NCBI GenBank assembly: GCA_001600815.1
Contig: BCKZ01000014.1
Span: 558,001-622,000 of the forward strand
DNA length: 64,000 nt
Reading direction: 5' to 3'
Source of the DNA: Alloascoidea hylecoeti
Lineage: Eukaryota
Position numbers and translations under genes: made by a program. Shown in pieces: positions 33,851-46,361 of this stretch. The notes below the pieces were generated by a model. It made no database searches. It had not been told where the DNA came from and saw nothing but the letters and a program-made list of their open reading frames with translations. Every line of letters starts with the position of its first letter. Positions within the stretch are counted from its first letter, which is position 1.

Positions 33851-35290
33851 TTATTCGTTACTCCAATCAAAGTTTGAATAAACAATAGCACTAAATTCAG
33901 CCAATTCATTAACATTATCCATAGCATCAACAAATTCATTATGAGTATTTCTTGGAATTAAATTAGCTTGTCTTGTTGTCGAAGCTAAAATACTAGCTAA
34001 TTTTAATTTAACTTGTTGTCTTGAAACCTCATCATAATCATCAATTAAACTTGATGTACTCTTTGAAGAAGAAGAAGCAGTTGCATTTGCCAAAAGTTCT
34101 AACGATTTCGAAATACCAGCAGAAACTAATTTATTAATAACAACTCCTGTTGAGGGTAATTGGATATATCTTAAAGTTTCATCTAATAATATTCTAAGCT
34201 GTGGTGTAATTTCTGGAGCAGAATTACTTTCAGGTGATGATGACAAAAAACTTTGAGTTAAAACAAAAGATTCTAAATCTCTTGTAGGTAATAGATTATT
34301 TGCAAATAATTCACCACATTCTTCAACATTAGGACCTTCAATTAAAACTTGAACTCTTGAAATTAAAATTGCAAATTCATCTAAAGTTAATTCAGTTCTT
34401 GGATTAATTCCACCAAAAACATTTTCAACAGCATCTTTAACTCTCTCTCTTAAATCCATCCATCCTCGATTTAATAACCACCAACTATAAGAAAGATACA
34501 TTTGTTCTGTTGCATATTCATCTTCACGATACTCATAATCATCACCGTGGAAGTTATCTGAGTCAAGGAAGGCCGAAGAATTCTTCCTTTCGGTCAACTC
34601 AATAGCCGATTCCATATAAGATTTTCGGGAGATTAAATTAATTTGTAAACGAGTAAACAATACAAGTAGAGAAGTACTATAAATTAAAGCAATCAATCTA
34701 GTTATACTTAAAATTTTTAGTTCTGACCACAATTGACTTCTTGTCTTAGTTGGAGTTAATGAATTTATGGTTGAGTTTGGAGTTACACCGTCACTAGATT
34801 CTGGAGCAGGTGTTTTTACACCACCATCAGTATTATTATTGGAATCTGGTGGCGTTGCACCAGTTTCAGCTGATTTTAAAGAAATATCATCAGATATAGC
34901 ACCTATCTGTGATCCAGCAGAAGATGAATTTTTCATTGCTTTTTCAAGCCTTTTAGCTTGTAATTCTTGAGTGATTTGTTCAACGGGTAAACTTTCTATG
35001 ATCGGTTTTGAAAGAGCTGGTAATAATGCCAAAATTGTATAAAGTGAATCCTTTTGATTTTGTTCGAATTTTCGGCGTATCCTAATATAAAGTTAGTTGT
35101 TGATGTATAATATGGGAGGGGAAATAACATACTGTTCCCTTGAATAGATTTCCTCTGCTAATCGGTCTTGCATAGCAATGACCTTTCTCTTAACATATTG
35201 GACTGCTAAAACACCAGCAGTTATAACACCGCCTGTAAAGATAAGCTTCTTTTTATGACGTCTGGAAAACCCAGCAATTGAAGAAAGCAT
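33851..35290 (-). CDS. PEX3: Peroxisomal membrane biogenesis factor; intron 35082-35132
   Basis: Basic N-terminus and TM (SRRHKKKLIFTGG). A GTATGT...ACTAAC...TAG intron joins REQ|IRRKFEQNQKDSLYTILALLP. Also QLWSELKI, WWLLNRGW and FSAIVYSNF. Confidence 0.93.
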
Positions 35291-35528
35291 GTTAAACTAT
35301 AATCGGAATGAATGAGCTAGAGTATAAAATATATAGCAGCGGGAACTACAAAATAAGAAAAGAGTAGAAAAAGGGGAGCTAGGAATGAGAAATAAGCAAT
35401 GAGGGTTTGCTTGAATTTACAAAATCTCCTATGTGAAGGATGGAAATCTGGTGAGGAAACAATCAAGAGGGTGGGTTTTAAGGAAGTCTGGGTGTAAGAT
35501 TACAAGTATCATTATTATATTATTATTA

Positions 35529-35945
35529 TTATGTATGGCTATCAGTTCTTCTTTTCTTGCTTGTCTTTTTGCCTCCAGATCGTGTTTTAGAACCGTTAAG
35601 CTTGGAGACTATCTTCTTCCGCTTGATGCCGATCTTGCTAGTTTCATCGTAAATCACGGGCGATATCCGTCGTGGAAGGCTAGCGGAGTCCGCCTTTAAG
35701 TCCAACCTCTTTGACTGGCATGAGCTTATGTAAGATCTAATTTTGTCTTGCTCGTTTAGCAGTTGCCGTTGGCTAGCATTTATACCCAAACTCTTCATAT
35801 AAGAAAAAAGTAGAGCCGCCAGTGTGTGGGAGTACTTGTCCAGTGTTCTTGTTTGTGACGGAGCCTGCTTCAGATCAAGTTCCAGCTGGTCCAGTTGGTG
35901 GTCCAAGGCTGTGTATAGGTCTATTTCGTTATCAGAGAAGTCCAT
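35529..35945 (-). CDS. Probable exosome cofactor Lrp1/Rrp47 (Sas10/C1D family), divergent
   Basis: 138 aa. YSHTLAALLFSYMKSLGIN...EQDKIRSYI resembles the C1D core, followed by a basic lysine-rich tail. Confidence 0.55.
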   Translation of the reverse strand: MDFSDNEIDLYTALDHQLDQLELDLKQAPSQTRTLDKYSHTLAALLFSYMKSLGINASQRQLLNEQDKIRSYISSCQSKRLDLKADSASLPRRISPVIYDETSKIGIKRKKIVSKLNGSKTRSGGKKTSKKRRTDSHT

Positions 35946-36294
35946 GGAGATTATGTGAAGGTTCCAGTTCCAGTTTGGGATCCAGTTTCAGTTCACTCGG
36001 GTGTTGCCATGTTTAATCCCACTTTTGGAGGCATAACTGGGTAGCACCTCTGTACTTATCCCTCCCTAAAAACAGATCATCGTGAACTTAAGCTTGCTGC
36101 TGGAGATTTCCTTTTCGGGCGGCCGGCCGCATGATGCGTCTGTGCGTTATTGTTTAAGCCTGTGGTTACCCGGCCGGCTTGCTGCTGCGAACGTTCGTGG
36201 AATACTCAATTAAATATATTAATATTGCAAGCTTAGCAGGACAAAAGTCCATAGAAATTCTGTATTTTTTGTTTGTACTTTTATTGAATACATT

Positions 36295-38706
36295 ATGGTC
36301 CCAACCACAGCGTTGACTCCAAGTCCTAATGCGTCTACTTTGTCCATGTCTCCCGCTGCTTTCAACGACCAACTCAAGTCTCTCGACCTCGATGCAGTGA
36401 AACAACAACAGTTATTATACACAACTAGATACAAACTTCTATCCTCTGAGTTTTCAAAAAATAGGCAAGCTAGATTGCTAGCCATGCTGGATGCACTTGA
36501 AAAGGACAAAAATGTGCCGCTCTTTACAAAAGTTATTGAACCTATATTGGAGCCATTACTTGAAAAAGAAAAAATTTGTCAAAAGGCTTTAGCTTTACAA
36601 ATGGAGTCTATGGAAAGAGTAATTAAAGGTGAAGCTGAAAATATTTGGGTTGGTTTTTTCAACGAAAAAAATAAATTACGCCAGGATACAATCTCATCAC
36701 TCTTGAATGAACAAATCGAAATTAGTAGGGAATATTATCATTTCAAAGATAACATTCTAAAATATTCGGATAAAAACGATCCTACCGAAGCTAATATTAT
36801 GAAAGAAAAAATCGCTGACTCGAAAAGATTAAGACTGCAAGTGCCGCATGTACCTACAGTAAAAGGATTGAGTGAAGAAGAGCTTAACGAGGATATGCTA
36901 CTACTAGCCGGGAATGACCCTAATGATCAACCGCTACCACATCAGGAAAATGATTCTGTTTCTGATGAATCTGATGTTAACCCGGAAACCCTTCTTGTGC
37001 AACTCAGTGGTCAGGGTGTACCTCCGGATTGCTCTCATGTTGTTAGAAATCCTTACTTCCAAAATTTAGTTGCAATGGAACTAAAACAACTTAGTGATCA
37101 ATTATCTTTCCATCAATCAAATATCGTTCCCTACAGTTACAATTATACCTATGCTATGGAAAAACAAAGGCAAATGCAGCAACATGCTCACCTGCAGGAA
37201 GAAATGCAACGCCAACAATTTGCATTGACCCAAGATGCCACAATTATACAAAACCCAAATTCCCTAAATTTCCCACGACCGGATAGTCATTTACCTCCAA
37301 TCATCTTGGCTGGTCCAGTTATACCTAATGATGTTCCAAAAATTAACACTGAATCAGAGAATCAATCACAGCCTCAAGATCGGGAACAAAGCAAAACAAA
37401 GAAAAGAAGAAAAAGTTCTATTAATGATAATACTTCAGGCTCAGAAAATGTAAGCGAACCATCAACTTCTTCCATGAAGAGAAAGCTAAGTATTGGCTCA
37501 AAAGGAGAGAGTGATAGGCAACAGGCAGATGATTTAGAAGAAACCCCAAAAAAGAAAAGAAGAAGAAGAAGAAGACCTAATAATATTTATACTGAAGTTA
37601 ATCGTGATTTCGTTCCTAAAAAATTACGTTTGGAAAAGGCAACTAGGTTATACGTTCCACATTTAACTCCCGAAGAAAAGGAAAAGAAAAAGCAAGAGGA
37701 TAAAGATAAACGTATGGAACAACAGAAAATAATTTGTAAAGCACGAGAAGAACAAATTGAAAGGGATAAGGATCAATTAAGAGAAAGAGTTTTATTCAAA
37801 CCCCCAAGACCAGCTGGAAGACGATATTATCAAAGAAGATCTCCTAGTCCGAAAATTGGCAATGAACTAGCCTCAGGACCAGATAGTATAGAGTCATTAA
37901 GGCCTACTAATGAAATAAATGATGCATCCAATACTAACGCTTCTATGGTCCAAACATTACCATCTCTTCCTTCAATGTTACCCAATGTCAATAGCCATTA
38001 TCCTCAACAATCACAACCTTACTATACTTACGCTAATTATTCAGGATATCCAGCTAATTCGTATTATACTACACTTCCCCAATTACAACAACAGCAACAG
38101 ATATCCCAATCTCAATCTCAATCTCAATCTCAATCCCAAGATCATTCTTCATCAACTGGCAACGTTACACCACAGTCTCATCAGACACGCGAGAAAGATA
38201 ACACTTCACGATCTGAGACCCCTCACCCGGAGTCAGAGCCGCCTAGAAGACGCACAAGACGTAGTAAACGACTTGATAAAGAAGCTGCTAAAAGAAGAAA
38301 TTCTAATAATCCTAAAACTCACTCTGATGAAAATCGAAGGGAACAACAGCAGCAGCAGCAAATCTCTGCCATGCAGCCAATTCAAATACAACCACAAGGG
38401 TTTGTTTCTGCTCAAGGAATTGCCTATTCACCTTATCCCATTCTTCAATATGCTCCAGTGTATGCTGCTGCACCTGGAACTCAGTATGCATATCAAACGG
38501 CTCAAGGAGAGTCGGCTACAAATGGACAGATAATAGCTACACAAGGACAACCTCAAAATGCTGTGAACTATGTGTATCCAACATATGATCAGTTTGGCTC
38601 TTACTACCCGATCCAATTGCAAGTTCAACAGCAACAGCAACATCAACAGCAACATCAATCGCCATCACAATCTCACTCACAATCTCATCAACACAAGCAA
38701 TCTTGA
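36295..38706 (+). CDS. Sds3-like-domain protein (possible Rpd3L subunit, Dep1-like) with long Q/S/Y-rich low-complexity C-terminus
   Basis: 803 aa. N-terminal coiled coil ending VPTVKGLSEEELNEDM, NLS-like KKKRRRRRRP, polyQ and (SQ)n tracts. The ORF is solid; the family call is tentative. Confidence 0.5.
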   Translation: MVPTTALTPSPNASTLSMSPAAFNDQLKSLDLDAVKQQQLLYTTRYKLLSSEFSKNRQARLLAMLDALEKDKNVPLFTKVIEPILEPLLEKEKICQKALALQMESMERVIKGEAENIWVGFFNEKNKLRQDTISSLLNEQIEISREYYHFKDNILKYSDKNDPTEANIMKEKIADSKRLRLQVPHVPTVKGLSEEELNEDMLLLAGNDPNDQPLPHQENDSVSDESDVNPETLLVQLSGQGVPPDCSHVVRNPYFQNLVAMELKQLSDQLSFHQSNIVPYSYNYTYAMEKQRQMQQHAHLQEEMQRQQFALTQDATIIQNPNSLNFPRPDSHLPPIILAGPVIPNDVPKINTESENQSQPQDREQSKTKKRRKSSINDNTSGSENVSEPSTSSMKRKLSIGSKGESDRQQADDLEETPKKKRRRRRRPNNIYTEVNRDFVPKKLRLEKATRLYVPHLTPEEKEKKKQEDKDKRMEQQKIICKAREEQIERDKDQLRERVLFKPPRPAGRRYYQRRSPSPKIGNELASGPDSIESLRPTNEINDASNTNASMVQTLPSLPSMLPNVNSHYPQQSQPYYTYANYSGYPANSYYTTLPQLQQQQQISQSQSQSQSQSQDHSSSTGNVTPQSHQTREKDNTSRSETPHPESEPPRRRTRRSKRLDKEAAKRRNSNNPKTHSDENRREQQQQQQISAMQPIQIQPQGFVSAQGIAYSPYPILQYAPVYAAAPGTQYAYQTAQGESATNGQIIATQGQPQNAVNYVYPTYDQFGSYYPIQLQVQQQQQHQQQHQSPSQSHSQSHQHKQS

Positions 38707-39274
38707 TTTACACCTGAATATTAATTTCAATGAGTTGGTATGGGAATATTTAGATATGTTCTGTATTATGGTATATAGCGAGTATGTCTATTTCAATTTC
38801 GTAGTATTTAAATATGAACAATAATTGATTTAGGAAATGTTGGGTCATTAATATTTCGTTAATAATAATAACGGATGGTTACGTGTACAATTGGTACGGG
38901 CAGTTGCCGAACTTTTGTATGTAAAGGTTTATCTTGATAAAATTTATATTGTAATCTAAAGTTCATATCGATAAACCTATAATTACTATATTATATATTA
39001 ATCAGAATTCTAGATCTAGATGTATCTGAATGTTGTGTTGATTATTTATATTTTGAAATCGATGTTTGCTTAGTAATAGTGGTGCATTACAACAACTAGG
39101 CCATGAGAAATGACATAATTTCCCGTTTAAAGATCGATTGCTTAATTATAAGCTTAATTACAAATTAATAAGCACCGGGATCTCATTCTTATTTCACAGT
39201 ATAAATAGAGATCCAAATCCTTTTAATTTATATTTGAGTCAATTCACTACTTTTTAACACACATATATTTCAAA

Positions 39275-39855
39275 ATGTCACTTTCAGTCGGAGGTAAGTG
39301 GTCGTCATAGTTGAGGTTACGATCGATTAAATCCTAACATTTTATCCCGTTTTAGATCAATTCCCAGAAACCAAGTTCCCTTACATTCCTTTCTCGGAAG
39401 AAAACAAAAGCATCGTTGCTTGTGGTTTCCCAATTCCATATAGTACTGCTTCAGATAAAATTGCCGGAAAGACAATTGTCATTGTTTCCGTTCCTGGTGC
39501 ATTCACACCCACCTGTACAGCCAATCATATTCCACCATTTATTCAAAATCAGGAAGAATTAAAGAAGAAAGGTGTTGATGAGGTCCTTGTTTTATCAGCG
39601 AATGATCCTTTTGTTCTAAGTGCTTGGGGTAAGGCATTGGGTAACGAGACAAATTTTATAAAGTTTGTGTCCGATGGTAACGCAGCTTTCTCAAAAAGTG
39701 TAGGATTATCTCTTGATTTGTCTTCCAAGGGATTCGGCTTAAGAAGTGGTAGATATGCTATCATTGTTAAAGATTCTAAGGTTGTTTATGCCAAACAAGA
39801 ACCTGGTGCTGAAGTCACAGTCTCTGGATATGAAGCTGTTCTTGCTGAATTATAA
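39275..39855 (+). CDS. AHP1: Type II peroxiredoxin (Ahp1/Pmp20); intron 39294-39355
   Basis: ATG TCA CTT TCA GTC GGA G|GTAAGT...CTAAC...TAG|AT CAA TTC. The product contains IVACG, VPGAFTPTCTANHIP, NDPFVLSAW and RSGRYAIIV. Confidence 0.92.
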
Positions 39856-40651
39856 GATATTATCCAACTATAAATATGGGCTATACCACCATCGAATGAA
39901 AGCCCCAAATAATGTGATATCAATTTAATACTATGGTTGTTTTTACTATTAAAGCCCAGGGAATTAGTTTCCTATGGGTAGAATTATTTAGTCTATATTT
40001 TATTTATATAACAATATATGAAAATATATATCACAATAAGGAAGTTTACTATAATCAATTATAATCATGTATTTAACTATACTCAACTGTACTCGGTGTA
40101 CTGTAAATCCTCCTTGGTGGTGTGATACAATTAAGACCCAAAGAGGCGGGATTACTCTTAAGTTATCTGTAACATCGAGTTATTTAGAAGTAAAGCGGAG
40201 TGGAAAGAAACAAAGGGAAAAGTTGATCCTGGCTACGAAGACCAACGTTTCAACAATTTTGCAAAGCCCTTTGTTTTGGACAAGGTGAATAGTGATAACC
40301 AAATATTGTGTGGGCTCAAACAGGGTACAATTGGCAGACTCATGTTCAATAGTATTTTTTAAAGAGCCACAAGAATGATATCTTTGGTTCTTGTCAACCA
40401 TTTTACCATTTGGATTGTAGTAACGAAAGAGTTTCTTGACTGTTATTGATATTCTTCTTCTTTCGAAGTACCAACACTCACGTGGCAGTGGTACAGATAA
40501 GGAAACAAATTTAAACCTTATTTGTCAAATTGTGGTTATTTACTATTTAGTCCCCTCCTATAGTTTATCATTATACATGAACTTTCATCATTAACTTACC
40601 ATAATAATACTTCTATTCAACGTTCAAACGAGAAAACTTTTATTTCTAATC

Positions 40652-41656
40652 ATGACACTGTCTTTACCAAAAGTTGTTCTTCTTGGTAAGATCAAATTCG
40701 CAACCAAGGAATGGAATGCATTATCCTCTATTGCACACAAAGCCATTGCTACTTCAGCCAATAGATCTGAGTTTATTGCTGATTTAAATTCTAAATATAA
40801 TGATGTTACAGCATTTTATAGAACGTTTGACTCGGCAAAAATTACTGGACGATTTGACAAAGATCTTGCTGATCATTTCCCTAAAACCTTGAGATTAGTA
40901 GCACATAATGGGGCTGGTTATGACCAAGTGGACATACAACCACTTACAGATAGAAAGATCTATGTATCAAATGTACCAGACCTAGTCAATGATGCTACCG
41001 CAGACACTCATTTATATTTATTACTCGGTGCTTTGAGAAACTTTAGTTTTGCTGCCACTAATCTAAGAAAAGGCAATTGGAAAACGGGAATACCGATAGG
41101 TCATGATCCCGAAGGTAAGACGTTGGGCATAATTGGAATGGGTGGTATTGGCCGAGCCATTAAAAAGCGGGTTGATTTGCTAGGATTCGAAAAGGTAATA
41201 TACCATAATAGGAACAAATTAAGTCCAGAGTTTGAAGATGGAGCTGAATATGTTGATCTGGACACTTTATTGAAAACTTCGGATGTTATATCTCTCAGTA
41301 TTCCTTTAAACCCGGCAACTCGACATTATATTAACAAAGAAAGACTGGAGAAGTGTAAAAAGGGTGTTGTCATTATTAATACGGCACGAGGAGCAGTCAT
41401 CGATGAGAATGCTATGGTAGATGCTTTAGATTCAGGTCATGTTAGATCTTTTGGTTCTGATGTTTATGAAAATGAGCCAACAATCCATCCAGGATTATTG
41501 AAGAATGAAAATGTATTGCTATTGCCACATGTGGGAACGTATTCAGAAGAAACTGAGTATAAAATGGAATGCTTGGTTATTAAGAATATTAGATCATTAT
41601 TAGAAAAGAATCGAATTATCTCCCCAGTTCCTGAACAAAAAGACCTTAAATTTTAG
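40652..41656 (+). CDS. GOR1: D-2-hydroxyacid dehydrogenase / glyoxylate reductase
   Basis: HNGAGYDQVD, GIIGMGGIG, INTARGAVIDE, DVYENEP and LLPHVGT motifs. Confidence 0.87.
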   Translation: MTLSLPKVVLLGKIKFATKEWNALSSIAHKAIATSANRSEFIADLNSKYNDVTAFYRTFDSAKITGRFDKDLADHFPKTLRLVAHNGAGYDQVDIQPLTDRKIYVSNVPDLVNDATADTHLYLLLGALRNFSFAATNLRKGNWKTGIPIGHDPEGKTLGIIGMGGIGRAIKKRVDLLGFEKVIYHNRNKLSPEFEDGAEYVDLDTLLKTSDVISLSIPLNPATRHYINKERLEKCKKGVVIINTARGAVIDENAMVDALDSGHVRSFGSDVYENEPTIHPGLLKNENVLLLPHVGTYSEETEYKMECLVIKNIRSLLEKNRIISPVPEQKDLKF

Positions 41657-42891
41657 ACCATAACTTACAACTGATTTTTCTTATATGGCAATTAATATCA
41701 AACGTTAATATAAATGATACTACGACAGTTAGATATATAAAATCTATAGATCATTTAATATAACTAAATGTGTACCGGTATACTATTTAAGTTTGTACCA
41801 TCACATCTAAGTTACATTACATTTTTATACAATTTATACTTTTCTGTCTATAATTAAAAGCCATTCCACTTAGTTTGTGTCACATTATGGAATACCTAAA
41901 TAATAACCGTGGCCGAATATTTATAGTCAACAACACATTGCCCGATTATATAGCTCAAATTAAGGCAGAAGACCACCATATGGCCGAAATTAAGTGTGCA
42001 TTAATGTCTACCGGTTATGCATATGCATGTCATTGCATGAGTTATAGAGTAGAAGAGCAAATAAGTTCAATCAGTGAACTATCGATATAATTTAAAAAAA
42101 TTATTTATAATATATATATTAATAACTTTATCTATATTAATTGGAACATTTAATGTTTTTAATTTTAGTTTGTACTTTCATCTCCATATAGATCGCGATC
42201 ACTATCTTATAAACGAGCTTATAATTAATAAATAGAGAACTCCGTTCAAATTATTTTTATATCTAGGCATATTTCTTCAATTTGCTATTGATAGTTAAAC
42301 GAGCTGTAATACCATATATTGTGTTTGTAACTATTTAGAATTGCAAACTAACAATATAGTAGGTAAATTCAAATTTGAAAAAGAAAATATGAATTAAATA
42401 AGTAGATGTTTTATATAAATGTTTTATATAGGCTTATAAAATATTCAAGATATATAATTTTAGAAATATTGTTATGAAATATATAAATATAATGACAATA
42501 ATAGATAAATTAGATATCCAGGAAATTCTGGATAGCTATTATAATAATAGAGACATTGTATCGCTGATCACGAAAAAAATTTGAAACAAAATAAAAAATA
42601 AAAGGTTGAAAAGTTTGGTACAAGAAGTAAAAAGTGTAAGAGTTATTGATTAAATTAAATTGTGGTCGCTAGAAATAAATAAGGTTAAGTTAGAATGGTG
42701 AAATATAAAAATTATAGTGAAGAATTAGAAAAGTAAAATAACCCTTATTTGACAAATCGATTTTGTATAATAGTTATAATATTAGATAAGAACTTGAAAA
42801 TAATACACCAGCGAAATTTAGATCGTGGTAGGTTAAAAAAAAAGGTGTGATAGTCATAAAATGAAAATTGAAAAGGTTTTTGATAAGAAAA

Positions 42892-45050
42892 TTAGACAAA
42901 TAAACCAAGAACAAATATAACACCTGCACCAAGTATACCCGATTTTGCTCCAAGATTACCTGCTCCGGCAGTGTACGTTGGAACAACTGGTGTTGATGTC
43001 GAAGCACACTCGGATTTAGTACATGGAATAGTAGACGTGATAACAGATTCTTCAGTTGTGGTAACTGGAACTGGCTCTTCAGTAGTAACTGGAACTGGCT
43101 CTTCAGTGGTAACTGGAACTGGCTCTTCAGTGGTAACTGGAACTGGCTCTTCAGTGGTAACTGGAACTGGCTCTTCAGTNNNNNNNNNNNNNNNNNNNNN
43201 NNNNNNNNNNNNNNNNNNNNNNNNNNNNNNNNNNNNNNNNNNNNNNNNNNNNNNNNNNNNNNNNNNNNNNNNNNNNNNNNNNNNNNNNNNNNNNNNNNNN
43301 NNNNNNNNNNNNNNNNNNNNNNNNNNNNNNNNNNNNNNNNNNNNNNNNNNNNNNNNNNNNNNNNNNNNNNNNNNNNNNNNNNNNNNNNNNNNNNNNNNNN
43401 NNNNNNNNNNNNNNNNNNNNNNNNNNNNNNNNNNNNNNNNNNNNNNNNNGTAACTGGAACTGGCTCTTCAGTGGTAACTGGAACTGGCTCTTCAGTGGTA
43501 ACTGGAACTGGCTCTTCAGTGGTAACTGGAACTGGCTCTTCAGTAGTAACTGGAACTGGCTCTTCAGTAGTAACTGGAACTGGCTCTTCGGTGGTTGGTT
43601 CAGGGATAGAGGTACATTTGTCTTCAGTACATGGAGCGGTTGACGTATATGTAGTTCCTTCTTCTGTGGTAATTGGTTCGGGTGCTTTGGTGGTTGGTTC
43701 AGGTACCTCAGTGGTTGGTTCGGGTGCTTCAGTAGTTGGTTCGGGTGCTTCAGTGGTGACTGGAACAGGCTCTTCGGTGGTAACTGGGACAGGCTCTTCG
43801 GTGGTAACTGGGACAGGCTCTTCAGTGGTAACTGGGACAGGCTCTTCAGTGGTTGATTCAGGGGTAGAGGTACATTTGTCTTCAGTACATGGAGCGGTTG
43901 ATGTATATGTAGTTATTTCTTCTGTGGTAATCGGTTCAGGTGCTTTGGTGGTTGGTTCAGGTACCTCAGTGGTTGGTTCGGGTGCTTCAGTGGTGACTGG
44001 AACAGGCTCTTCAGTGGTTGATTCAGGGGTAGAGGTACATTTGTCTTCAGTACATGGAGCGGTTGACGTATATGTAGTTCCTTCTTCTGTGGTAATTGGT
44101 TCAGGTGCTTTGGTGGTTGGTTCAGGTACCTCAGTGGTTGGTTCGGGTGCTTCAGTGGTTGGTTCGGGTGCTTCAGTGGTTGGTTCGGGAGCAGAGGTAC
44201 ATTTGTCTTCCGTACATGGAGCGGTTGATGTATATGTAGTTACTTCCTCACTAGTAATCGGAACTGGCTTCTTGGAAGTAGTCGAACATGACGAGGTAGT
44301 AGTAATAGTGGAGTTTTGAGCTGGCGTAATTGGTTCACTAGTAGTTTCAGTTGGATAAATTGGAGTAGGGGTTGGTTCAACTGATGTGGTAGAACATGAT
44401 GAAGTAGTAGTTATTGTAGAATTGTGTACTGGCTCAATACTAGTTGTGCTAATTGGTACTTCAGAAGTAGTTGGATTGCACTCTGACTTTGTGCAGGGTT
44501 CCGTGGTAGTGGTGGTATATCCTTCCTCTGATGTTGTAGTACATGATGAAGTAGTAGTTATTGTAGAATTGTGTACTGGCTCAATACTAGTTGTGCTAAT
44601 TGGTACTTCAGAAGTAGTTGGATTGCACTCGGATTTCGTACAAGGAACAGTGGATGTAGTTATATAGGTGGTAAATTCCTCTTTAGTGGAAGTGAAGATT
44701 GAAGTAGAGTTCAGAGATGAAGAGGTTGGTTCAACACTAGTAGTATAATCCTCTTCAGAACTGGAAGAGTAAGACGAAGTAGTTATAGTTGTTGGGCAAG
44801 TAGAAGTGGTTACAGTGGTTTTGAAAGTACAAGGACAATCTGTAATGGTGACGGTAGTCTCTTCAGTTATGATATAAGTGTTATCATTAAAGGTAAATGT
44901 TGTCGGCTCAGGACAATATGTAGTGTATTTAGTATCTGTAGTGGTTGTAACAGTAGTATAAGTTGTCCAAGATGATTCAGTTGTTCGATTTCTGTAGTCG
45001 GCTAAGGCCCCACCGGTCATGACCAAGAGGGTAGTTAAGGAAAGTTTCAT
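42892..45050 (-). CDS. GPI-anchored Ser/Thr/Pro-rich cell-wall protein (Sed1/Ccw12-type N-terminal repeat); spans an assembly gap
   Basis: Signal peptide, TTYCPEPTTFT...TITDCPCT and tandem repeats. The true C-terminus lies in another frame after the N gap: ...TSTPVVPTYTAGAGNLGAKSGILGAGVIFVLGLFV* (stop 42892-42894), a GPI signal. Confidence 0.88.
43059..44650. repeat. Coding minisatellites: 24-bp (EEPVPVTT), 21-bp (EAPEPTT) and larger cysteine-containing modules
   Basis: GTAACTGGAACTGGCTCTTCAGTG units lie on both sides of the gap. TYTSTAPCTEDKC occurs four times and PCTKSEC three times. Confidence 0.95.
43180..43449. other. Assembly gap (270 N) inside the 24-bp repeat
   Basis: Run of N. Confidence 0.99.
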
Positions 45051-46361
45051 TTTATAATACTCTTAATCTAATGACTTAGGAAATGGTGTTGAATGATTAT
45101 GAGTTAAAGGCAAAGGATTTAATCCCAATATATAGTGAATCGAAACCTTTAGGACCAATTGATCTAATGAGGGATAGAGGGCACAGAGAGCATATATTTC
45201 ATTCATAATTAATAACAAAAAATAATATGTCTTTGAAGATAAATTCACTAATGATCATCAATCTATTCTAGACTTTTTTGTACAATAACTGTTTGTATGG
45301 CATCGTCTTAAACAGGGCATAATAGTGTTTTGCTTAAATTTGATATTACAGTTCATTCAACTTCATTGTATCCATAGTCAAGCTGCATTTAATTGTATTT
45401 TTGCATCGAAAAAGTTCCCAAATTTCGTATGAAAAGCTTAAAGAAATAAGTACATGTACAGATTCAATGCTAAACTTTGCAGCTGCAATATTTATTGTTC
45501 CCACCTGATTTATCGCATTGTATTTAATGTTTAAACAAAGCTCAGCTTCACAATGCTAGCAACGGTTTATTGTTTGTTAATAAGGCCCAAACTGCGAATC
45601 TGAAATTTTTAAAAAATACTGATTGACAGTATAGTATCATCTCTATAATATTCGGTGTGAACCCCAAAATGAACTCTAAGTCTCAATGCTGTCAGTAATG
45701 ATTTCATACCTTCAATTCCATTGTCCAACACATTTGATGTAATTATAGTTTTTTTCTTTCATTTGCGGATTATAAGTATTCCAGATTTCAAGCAAAAAGT
45801 GATTCTTTATGTGACAACTGAATTATATATATTAATCGAGCAAGCATTATTGAAATGTTACTTTTCATTAGAGTCTGTTATAACATAATGTGACGTAGTA
45901 AGATAATAAATCAGCGAAACTGGAAGCTGTAGCGACATAGATCCAAATCCTTTCATTGAAAGCAGTTATTAAATAGTAAGTATAAAATTGTTGAATCTAA
46001 CACTAGATTCCCACCAAAAAATCCAAAAACCTATTACCCTAAGAATAGACGATACATGGGCACATGCATCTTGAATCTCTGAAACATCAGCTCCCTAAAG
46101 ATGTCACAAAGAACTCATGAACAATAAACATATCAGCTTTCCATTAATTTATTTAATTTGGGAATATTAATTATCACTATTGGTATAAACTTAACCTTAT
46201 CCGGGTAATTGATATGTGAGTCTCGGTGAGATAATAGATGTTTTTCTTTAATACCATTCCCTCCAATTTTCAAATATCCTGCTGGCCACAAATTATTAGA
46301 TTACACGGTTCATCTAACTATTTACAGAACACTAAGTATTAATATTATTTTGTTAATAAGA

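Noticed and set aside
40067..40430. Short ORFs on both strands between AHP1 and GOR1
   Set aside because: No recognisable homology or consistent splice signals. Could be a relic, but unsupported.
42774..43179. ORF-track C-terminus (LKSQFQLP repeats) suggesting a programmed frameshift
   Set aside because: Artefact of the arbitrary N-gap length; the alternative frame gives a normal GPI tail.
43059..43590. 24-bp direct repeats as a possible CRISPR array
   Set aside because: No spacers, in-frame coding minisatellite, eukaryotic context.
42971..44667. Plus-strand V/T/G/S-rich ORFs
   Set aside because: Antisense shadows of the wall-protein repeats.
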